Of a stretch of DNA of 44,087 bases, positions 35,324-44,087 are shown piece by piece. The stretch lies in the sequence record SRR22947727_2929, one strand, 5' to 3'. A model generated the notes under the pieces. That model ran no database searches, was not told where the DNA came from, and was given only the letters and a program-made list of their open reading frames with translations. The stretch's first letter is position 1; each line of letters begins with the position of its first letter. The translations under genes and the position numbers were made by a program.

Positions 35324-36616
35324 CTAATTGACATAAGGGTTGTTTTTGAACGGATCATTTTCGTCGTCATCTTCGTCCTGATCCATCACCCATTCCACCT
35401 CAGGGCTCAAATTCACCGCAACGCCGGATGATGCATCAGGAATGGCAACAAACGCACCTTGCGCCTCGGCGGGAACCGCGCTGCGCATTCTCATCCGGTA
35501 CAGGACAAACCCCGCCAGTAAGAATAGAATACCGGCAATTGTTGGCATGAATCCGCGAGTGCCAACAATTTCGATAACCGATGCGGCAAGTGGCGACCCC
35601 ATCACCGCGCCAGCGCCATTGACCATTAACAGACCTGACGACATGGCCACCATCTGGCTTGGCGCCAGATAGTCATTGGCATGCGCGATGAACAGTGAAT
35701 AAAGGGAAAAGACAAGCCCGCCAAAAATCAGCATCATGATCAAAAGCAAACCAAATTGATCGGCACCAAAAAGGCTGGCGATGCCAATTGCAATGCTGGC
35801 AATCACCGTCACGCCAAAAATAACAACCCGTCGGTCAAATTTATCGGAAAGGCGACCAACCGGATATTGAAGCGCCAAGGTGCCAAGCGTGATTGAAGTC
35901 ATGAAATAGCCGACTTGGGTATTGTCCAATCCGATATTGCGCCCATAAACAGCGCCCATACCAAACACCATCGAGATCACGATCCCAACAAATACCATGC
36001 CGATAACGGCCAAGGGCGAAACCTGAACCAGCCTGCGAAAACTAATACGCTCGGGGGCCTCAAAGCTAGGAGCCGCGCTGGCGGTAATCAAAATCGGCAC
36101 AACCGCAATCGACACCATAACCGATGCCAGCAGAAACAATCCCGCGCTGCCATCCTCGCCAAGTGAAATCATCAATTGTCCGGCGGCCATGCCAGCCATA
36201 TTGGTAATCATATAAAGCGATAAAAGCTGGCCGCGGGTTTCATTTGTGGCTTTGTCATTCAGCCAGCTTTCGCAAACGATATACATGCCAGCAAAACTAA
36301 AGCCACTGGCAAAGCGCATGCCGGTCCAGACGAACGGATCAAGAAACACCACATGTAGCAACACCGCTGCCGATGCAATAGCAGACATGGCACCAAAAAC
36401 CCGAACATGGCCAACGCGCGCTAAAATATGCGGAACAATGATTGAACCGGCAAAGATACCGGCAAAATAGCCCGACATGACAATACCGGTCGCAATATTG
36501 CTAAAACCGGCCTCGGGCGCGCGCGTGCCTAGCAAAACCACCTGCAAGCCATTGCCCGCAGAAATGAGCAAAAGTCCAAAAAACAGAGTCCATGTTGATA
36601 TGATGGCCTTTAGCAT
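35324..36616 (-). CDS. MFS transporter (YcaD-like)
   Basis: RVGHVRVF, ESWLN, RGQLLSLY, QYPVGRLSDKFDRR, AHAND; ~12 TM. Confidence 0.9.
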   Translation of the reverse strand: MLKAIISTWTLFFGLLLISAGNGLQVVLLGTRAPEAGFSNIATGIVMSGYFAGIFAGSIIVPHILARVGHVRVFGAMSAIASAAVLLHVVFLDPFVWTGMRFASGFSFAGMYIVCESWLNDKATNETRGQLLSLYMITNMAGMAAGQLMISLGEDGSAGLFLLASVMVSIAVVPILITASAAPSFEAPERISFRRLVQVSPLAVIGMVFVGIVISMVFGMGAVYGRNIGLDNTQVGYFMTSITLGTLALQYPVGRLSDKFDRRVVIFGVTVIASIAIGIASLFGADQFGLLLIMMLIFGGLVFSLYSLFIAHANDYLAPSQMVAMSSGLLMVNGAGAVMGSPLAASVIEIVGTRGFMPTIAGILFLLAGFVLYRMRMRSAVPAEAQGAFVAIPDASSGVAVNLSPEVEWVMDQDEDDDENDPFKNNPYVN

Positions 36617-36672
36617 AAGGCACGCCTTTCAAACGTAATATGACGTTGCTTCACTTGAATAGAGCATATGGC

Positions 36673-36696
36673 AAAACCCTGCTCGCAGTCGCAGGG
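36673..36696 (-). terminator. Terminator-like hairpin downstream of glnE
   Basis: CCCTGC/GCAGGG stem followed by UUUU on minus. Confidence 0.45.
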
Positions 36697-36806
36697 CACG
36701 GCGTCACATAACGCGCTACTGCATGGGGTTTGATAAGTCTTACAAGCATATGAAGTCTGTTCCAAAAGCGTTGTTTGACAGTCGTTTTAACAACATTGTT
36801 GACGCG

Positions 36807-39722
36807 TTATGCCGAAATGGCTGGGTCATTTGCCAGATATTGAGTCAAAATCGCAAAGACCGTTTCTAATGTTGTTTCCAATTGCATGGTGAGTTGCTGT
36901 TCGTCTGCAAGATCCATACGGGCAAGCATGAATTGTTGCAATGGCAATGGCAGCTGATCAGGAACCAAAGCGGCATTACCAAAGGTCAGGCGCAGACATT
37001 GGTGGATTTCGCTCAACAGCCGGTCAGCATCTTGCAGCGCTTCGGCATGGTTGGCATTGATCTTACCGCTGATTTCCAATTGTGCCAGAATGGCCGCAAT
37101 TGATTGTCCGGTCTGGTCAAACAGGTCGCCATGTTGAAGCCGCATGCCTTGGATCAAAAGATCAAGCTCGACAAGGCCACCATCGCGCGCACGTAAATGC
37201 CATTTTGATTTGCCTTTGCGGACTTTGCGGATGCGCACCAACATGTTGTCAATGGCTGGCCCGATCAGGCTATGATCATGCGGCTGATTGACAATCGCGT
37301 GAATCGCCAGATGCAGTTTTTCGGTTAAATCAGCATTACCGGCAATTGGCCGCGCTTTGGCAAGTGCCAGCTTTTCCCAAATCCATGCATCAGCCGCAAA
37401 ATAGGTTTTTAGCCGATCAAGCGATGTGGCGATGGCACCAGCTTCGCCTTCGGGACGCAACCGTAAATCAACCGGATAAAGCACGCCTTCGGCGGTTGCA
37501 GTGCTAAGCCAGCTGACCATTGTTTGCGCAAGGCGGGCAAAATAGGTTGGCGCATTGATAGGGCGTTTGCCGTCAGATAGCGCATCCTCAGGCGCGTCAT
37601 AAACAAACAAAAGATCAAGGTCGGAACTGACCGTCATTTGCCTAGTGCCAAGCCTGCCAAGCGCAAGGATCGTCACGCTGCCATCAATTTGGCCATGGCG
37701 GCGGGTCATATCGGCGCGCGCCAGATCAAGGATCAGCCTAACTGTCGCTGTGGCAATCGCGCTAAGGCCGGTGGCAAGGGTCGGGCTGTCAATGGTTTGG
37801 CTCAGGGCTTGGATTTCAACCTGAAATTTCCATTCGCGGGCCTTTATCTTGATCTGGTCAAGCGCGTCCTCGATATTGCGTCCATCACAAATTTGATGCA
37901 ATTGCGCGGTCATTATATTTGCATCGGGTAATGGTCTGAAAAAGCTTTGATAAAGCAATAGATCAAACAAAGTTGGATATTGGCGTAAATGATTGCCAAG
38001 CTGCGGCGATAGCAACAGAATATCGCATAAAAGGCGGGTCAGATGCCGGTTATAATCAAGAAGTGAGAAAATCTGCACGCTTGCTGGCAGACCTTCGATG
38101 AACTGCGCAAGCGCGGCAAATTTGTCATCAGGCGCATCTGCGGCGGTAAAAGACACCAAAATTTCAGGCATTAACCGGTTTAACAGGGCGCGCGCCCGTT
38201 CACTTCGCGTTGCCGAAATGCGCCCTGCCATCCAGCCGGACAGCGTATCAGCAATGATTTTCGGCCGTTCAAAACCATGATTGCCAAGCCATCCAACAAG
38301 CGCATCATAATCATCAAGCAGGATATCTTTCATACCATCTGCTGTCGATATGGTACCGTCGGCGGGGTTCAGCAAATCATGCTTGGCGTTCGCGCCAACC
38401 TGATCGAGCAAATTGTCCAATTCATTGCAGAAATCAGCGGCGGTTCGATGCCCCATGAAATGCGCGAATTTTTCCAAATCTTCTTCGCCGCGCGGCAGGC
38501 TGTGGGTCTGATTATCGGCAATCATTTGCAGCCTATGTTCGATCCGGCGTAGCTGGTGATAGGCGGTGCCAAGCGCGGCCGCCTGTTCATTGGAAATCCA
38601 TGTGGCGGCGGCAAGCGCATCAAGCGCAGCAAGGCTGTTGCGGTGCCGCAGCTTTTTATCGCGTCCACCCGCCACAAGCTGTAATACATGCGTGAAAAAC
38701 TCGATTTGCCGAATGCCATTTTTACCGGTCTTCAGGTTATAGCCACGCCAGCCATTACCTTGTGGTGGACGGCGAAGCATGGTTTTCATATCTTCCATCA
38801 CCGTATAATCAAGCGTTTTACGCCAAATAAAAGGCTGAATTTGCTCAAGAAAGCTGTTGCCAAGCGCAAGATCGCCTGCCACGGGTCGTGCGCGAATAAA
38901 GGCGGCGCGTTCCCATGTGCGGGCAATTGATTCATAATAGCTGATCGCTGCTGTCAGATCGATGCTTACCGCGGTTGCCCCCGGGTCGGGTCGAAGCCGC
39001 AAATCAACACGCCAGCCAATGCCATCACTTGTGGCGCTGCCAAGAAGGCGGATCAGATCACGCGTCATGGCGACAAAAAAGGGCTGAACGGCATCGCGGT
39101 TGTCAAAAGGGGCGTGATGCGTGTCATGAAGCATTATCAAATCAATATCGGATGAGAAATTAAGTTCACCAGCGCCCAATTTGCCAAGCGCCAGAACGGT
39201 CCAGCCACATCTCGCTAAATCGGCATCAAAATTCTTGATCTTGCCGCGTTGCGCGGCTTGGCGGAACAGATATTGGATTGCTGCTGACAAGACCGTTTGT
39301 GCCGCCTCGCTTAGCCATTGCATTTGCTGTGGCATGTCTTCGCGTCCAGCAAGATCGGATAGCGCCACCATCAGCGCGGTTCTTTCCCGCCAGATGCGGA
39401 TTGCCCGTAAAGCGGTTTTTTCGTCGCCAGCCGATCGCATTGACGCGATAAAATGGGTTTTTGCAATATTGATCTGGCTTGCCGCTTGGCCGTTAAGGCA
39501 GGGGCCGACATCTTCGCCATGACGCAAAGCAAGCCTCTGGAGATATTGACTTGTCACCAGCATTGCCGCCAGATCATCTGCGCCATAGCCGCTTTGCAAA
39601 AGCGTATTTTCTGGCCATTTCTGCGTGAATGTCGCGGCAAAATCGTCGCGAACCGCCTTATTGGCTGGATCAGCGATTGGCAAATTCGGGCAGATTTGGT
39701 CAAAATAGATCAGGTTTGTCAT
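36807..39722 (-). CDS. glnE: Bifunctional glutamine synthetase adenylyltransferase/deadenylase
   Basis: Two NTase domains: LGKLGAGELNFSSDIDL...VDLRLRPDP...WER and SSDLDL...VDLRLRPEG...WE. Confidence 0.93.
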   Translation of the reverse strand: MTNLIYFDQICPNLPIADPANKAVRDDFAATFTQKWPENTLLQSGYGADDLAAMLVTSQYLQRLALRHGEDVGPCLNGQAASQINIAKTHFIASMRSAGDEKTALRAIRIWRERTALMVALSDLAGREDMPQQMQWLSEAAQTVLSAAIQYLFRQAAQRGKIKNFDADLARCGWTVLALGKLGAGELNFSSDIDLIMLHDTHHAPFDNRDAVQPFFVAMTRDLIRLLGSATSDGIGWRVDLRLRPDPGATAVSIDLTAAISYYESIARTWERAAFIRARPVAGDLALGNSFLEQIQPFIWRKTLDYTVMEDMKTMLRRPPQGNGWRGYNLKTGKNGIRQIEFFTHVLQLVAGGRDKKLRHRNSLAALDALAAATWISNEQAAALGTAYHQLRRIEHRLQMIADNQTHSLPRGEEDLEKFAHFMGHRTAADFCNELDNLLDQVGANAKHDLLNPADGTISTADGMKDILLDDYDALVGWLGNHGFERPKIIADTLSGWMAGRISATRSERARALLNRLMPEILVSFTAADAPDDKFAALAQFIEGLPASVQIFSLLDYNRHLTRLLCDILLLSPQLGNHLRQYPTLFDLLLYQSFFRPLPDANIMTAQLHQICDGRNIEDALDQIKIKAREWKFQVEIQALSQTIDSPTLATGLSAIATATVRLILDLARADMTRRHGQIDGSVTILALGRLGTRQMTVSSDLDLLFVYDAPEDALSDGKRPINAPTYFARLAQTMVSWLSTATAEGVLYPVDLRLRPEGEAGAIATSLDRLKTYFAADAWIWEKLALAKARPIAGNADLTEKLHLAIHAIVNQPHDHSLIGPAIDNMLVRIRKVRKGKSKWHLRARDGGLVELDLLIQGMRLQHGDLFDQTGQSIAAILAQLEISGKINANHAEALQDADRLLSEIHQCLRLTFGNAALVPDQLPLPLQQFMLARMDLADEQQLTMQLETTLETVFAILTQYLANDPAISA

Positions 39723-39892
39723 AAGCGTTAGTCTATCCGAAATGGTTAGTACGGCTAGCCCAAATCATCACGATAAAAAAGCCCTTTTTGCAATGCCAGA
39801 TTGGTGCGGTTTTGACCATTTTCGCAAGTGACAGAAACCCGGCTTTGTGAATTGGCGGTTGTAAAATCCGGCAAGTTTGGCGATAAGCAGAC

Positions 39893-40690
39893 ATGGCAGA
39901 TCAATCAGGTAACGGTAAAGCGGGCAAAAAAGGCCCATCGGGGCGCAGCTATCGTAATGCGACAGGCTTGACGCGCCAGCCCAAAAAGATGCGCGGACGC
40001 AAAGTCTCGTCGCAGCGTTGGTTGACGCGCCAGCTGAATGATCCCTTTGTGGCCGAGGCCAAATCGCGCGGCTTTCGCTCGCGCGCAGCGTTAAAGCTGG
40101 AACAGATGGATGATCGCTATCATCTTTTACAGCCGGGCATGGCCATTGTTGATCTTGGCTGTGCGCCAGGTGGCTGGTTGCAAGTGTCATCAATCCGCAC
40201 CAAGCTTGGTCATGGCAAGGCACGGCTTGTTGGAATTGACCTGCTGGAAACCGAAGGCGTTGTTGGCGCTGATATTTTTACCGGCGATATGACCGATCCC
40301 GAAATGCTGGAAAAAGTGCGGCTTGCCACTGGCGGGGCGGCAGATGGCGTTTTGAGTGATATGGCGGCAGATACAACCGGTCACCGTGCAACCGATCATT
40401 TGCGAACAACGGCTTTGCTTGAGGCAGCGTTGGATTTTGCCATTGATGTTTTGAATAAAGATGGGTTTTTTCTGGCGAAATGTTTTCGTGGTGGTGCCGA
40501 AAGAAGCTTGCTTGATGTGATGCAGCGTAATTTCAAGACGGTTCGGCATGTCAAACCAGCCGCTAGCCGCGCTGAATCGGTTGAAAGCTATGTTCTTGCC
40601 ACGGGCTTTCATGGCAGCGGGCACGCCGAGGATATTGCCGCCGATATTGCAGCCGGAAGACGTGATGCTGATGGTGCATTAATCATGTAA
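39893..40690 (+). CDS. rlmE: 23S rRNA Um2552 methyltransferase RlmE/FtsJ
   Basis: WLTRQLNDP, RSRAALKL, DLGCAPGGW, SDMA, KPAASR.ES.E.Y. Confidence 0.95.
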   Translation: MADQSGNGKAGKKGPSGRSYRNATGLTRQPKKMRGRKVSSQRWLTRQLNDPFVAEAKSRGFRSRAALKLEQMDDRYHLLQPGMAIVDLGCAPGGWLQVSSIRTKLGHGKARLVGIDLLETEGVVGADIFTGDMTDPEMLEKVRLATGGAADGVLSDMAADTTGHRATDHLRTTALLEAALDFAIDVLNKDGFFLAKCFRGGAERSLLDVMQRNFKTVRHVKPAASRAESVESYVLATGFHGSGHAEDIAADIAAGRRDADGALIM

Positions 40691-42226
<1,536 letters not shown>

Positions 42227-42316
42227 GCGTAGGATGGCCTTGCCTTATCGGGGCGGTTGTTTTGTTTTGTTATCTTGTTTGCGGCCTGCAACGGGCCAGA
42301 TGTGGAAAAATTCATC

Positions 42317-43657
42317 ATGACGCCAGCCGCTAGAATTGCTGCCGTGATTGAAATCCTTGCCGAAATGCAGGCGGCCAACGCGGCCGGAACCTTGCTTGGC
42401 AGGCAGGCCGGACAATGGCTTCGGGCTGGATTGCAGCGCCGTCGTTACGCCGGATCAGGCGACCGCGCGGCGGTTGGTGATCTGTTCTGGAAAATTCAAC
42501 GTGGACGGGCGCGGCTTGGGTGGCATTTAGCATCGATTGATGCGCCAGAAAATCCGCGCAATATCACGCTTGCAGCTTTGGTGTTAATGGAACAGAAATC
42601 GGCTGTTCTGCCCCAATTATTTTCTGCCGAAATAGCGCATGCACCAGCACCGCTTGATGAACGCGAAGCGGCGCTTGTTGCCATGCTTGAAACGCGCGAT
42701 TTTACCGATCCTGCTATGCCCAAGCATATTGCGCTTGAATGGCCTGAATGGTTGATGGCTGATGCCAAGGCTGGTCTTGGTAATGGGATGGCGCGTGAAT
42801 TGGCGGCATTGATGAGCGAGGCACCAACCGATGTGCGAATTAACCCGCTGAAACAGCCCGATCGCCGCCGCCTTCGTGACCAGCTTGCCGGTCGTGGTAT
42901 TAAAGGGCATCCAACGCGCCTGTCGCCACTTGGTGTTCGGCTGGAAAAGCGGACAAGGCTTGAAGATCTGCAAGAATGGAAAGCCGGTCTTTTTGACGTT
43001 CAGGATGAAGGCTCACAGCTTGCGGCGCTGCTTTGCGATGCGCGGCCGGGGATGCAGGTTGCCGATATCTGCGCTGGTGCTGGTGGTAAATCACTTGTGA
43101 TGGCCGCAAAAATGGAAAATAGGGGCCGAATTCTGGCGCTTGACCCAGATGCCGAACGGTTGGAAAAAAGTGGAGAGAGACTGCGCCGCGCTGCCATTCA
43201 TAATGTCGAGCGCAAGCTGGTTGCCGAAAAATGGTCAAACCGCTCATGGCGCGGTAAATTTGACCGTGTTGTGATCGATGCGCCCTGTTCGGGGTCGGGC
43301 ACATGGCGCCGTCAGGTTGATGCCCGATGGCAGCTTACGCCGGAAAAGCTGGACAAGATCAAAGACACACAGGCAATTTTACTGGAAAAAGCGCGGGCGA
43401 TGGTGGTTCCAGGTGGGCGCATCATCTATATCACCTGTTCGGTTCTTGCCAGTGAAGGCGCTGACCTGATCAAACAATTTTTGGCCAACGCACCCGAAAT
43501 TGAACTTGCCGATATCACCGATATCTGGGGTGATACGATTGGCAAAATTGGGGGTGGGGCTTGCCCGCCAACAAATAATGGGCTGTTGCAGCTTTTGCCC
43601 GGACGTGATGGCACCGACGGATTTTTCATTGCGGTTCTTCAGGCAAGATTGCGTTAA
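42317..43657 (+). CDS. RsmB/NOP (Fmu/Sun) family RNA m5C methyltransferase
   Basis: MTPAAR, VQDEGSQ, DICAGAGGK, DAPCSGSG, YITCS, TDGFF. Confidence 0.93.
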   Translation: MTPAARIAAVIEILAEMQAANAAGTLLGRQAGQWLRAGLQRRRYAGSGDRAAVGDLFWKIQRGRARLGWHLASIDAPENPRNITLAALVLMEQKSAVLPQLFSAEIAHAPAPLDEREAALVAMLETRDFTDPAMPKHIALEWPEWLMADAKAGLGNGMARELAALMSEAPTDVRINPLKQPDRRRLRDQLAGRGIKGHPTRLSPLGVRLEKRTRLEDLQEWKAGLFDVQDEGSQLAALLCDARPGMQVADICAGAGGKSLVMAAKMENRGRILALDPDAERLEKSGERLRRAAIHNVERKLVAEKWSNRSWRGKFDRVVIDAPCSGSGTWRRQVDARWQLTPEKLDKIKDTQAILLEKARAMVVPGGRIIYITCSVLASEGADLIKQFLANAPEIELADITDIWGDTIGKIGGGACPPTNNGLLQLLPGRDGTDGFFIAVLQARLR

Positions 43658-43720
43658 CAGCAATCTATTATAATGATCGAATAGGGTCGCATCATGCGGC
43701 TGGTGGTAAAGGAATAAACA

Positions 43721-44087
43721 ATGTCTGACTCAATTCTAATTATTGATTTTGGCTCGCAGGTTACGCAATTGATTGCGCGCCGCCTTCGTGAAGCTGGTGT
43801 CTATACCGAAATTCTGCCTTGCACCACCGATGTTGAAAAAATCAGCGCCGCCGCGCCAAATGGCATCATTTTATCGGGTGGGCCAAATTCGGTTGCGCTT
43901 GCCGATACACCGCGCGCGCCGCAAATTGTTTTTGATCTTGGCGTTCCGGTTCTTGGCATTTGCTATGGCCAGCAAACCATGTGTGCCCAGCTTGGCGGGC
44001 GGGTTGAACCGGGAACAAGCCGTGAATTTGGGCGGGCGGCACTTGATATCGCCGCGCCCTGTTCGCTGTTTGGAGGCTTTTGGCAGG
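43721..44087 (+). CDS. guaA: GMP synthase, N-terminal part (runs off the window)
   Basis: [49 protein letters not shown]. Confidence 0.95.
   Translation, partial: MSDSILIIDFGSQVTQLIARRLREAGVYTEILPCTTDVEKISAAAPNGIILSGGPNSVALADTPRAPQIVFDLGVPVLGICYGQQTMCAQLGGRVEPGTSREFGRAALDIAAPCSLFGGFWQ

Overview
About 44 kb of chromosome from a marine-type alphaproteobacterium. Gene content and style suggest a SAR116/Puniceispirillum-like lineage (inference). The window is densely coding and mostly housekeeping or metabolic: yajQ, an aldo/keto reductase, a sulfur/redox neighbourhood (exported DsrE-like protein, DUF1330-TauD-DUF1330, persulfide dioxygenase, two YeeE/YedE proteins, a GrdB/PrdB-like CxxC protein), ccmFGHI, a class V aminotransferase, beta-carbonic anhydrase, LysR divergent from glnK-amt, a purine/nucleoside-type ABC transporter followed by a 2-hydroxyacid dehydrogenase and glycerate kinase, a RamB/ScfR regulator, mgtE, glnE, and rlmE-guaB-rsmB-like-guaA (partial). 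I saw no integrase, transposase, CRISPR array or complete rRNA/tRNA. The most interesting signals are: (i) a ~150-nt multi-hairpin leader with an anti-SD loop ahead of a divergent glnK-amt pair that appears LysR-controlled; (ii) a probable ~115-nt minus-strand sRNA divergent from the RamB/ScfR gene; (iii) orphan double operator-like palindromes downstream of that regulator; (iv) a tRNA-Leu-like 3' end remnant (possible att site) at the very start of the window; and (v) the persulfide dioxygenase-YeeE-GrdB-like operon. All family calls come from recognised motifs; no database searches were run.
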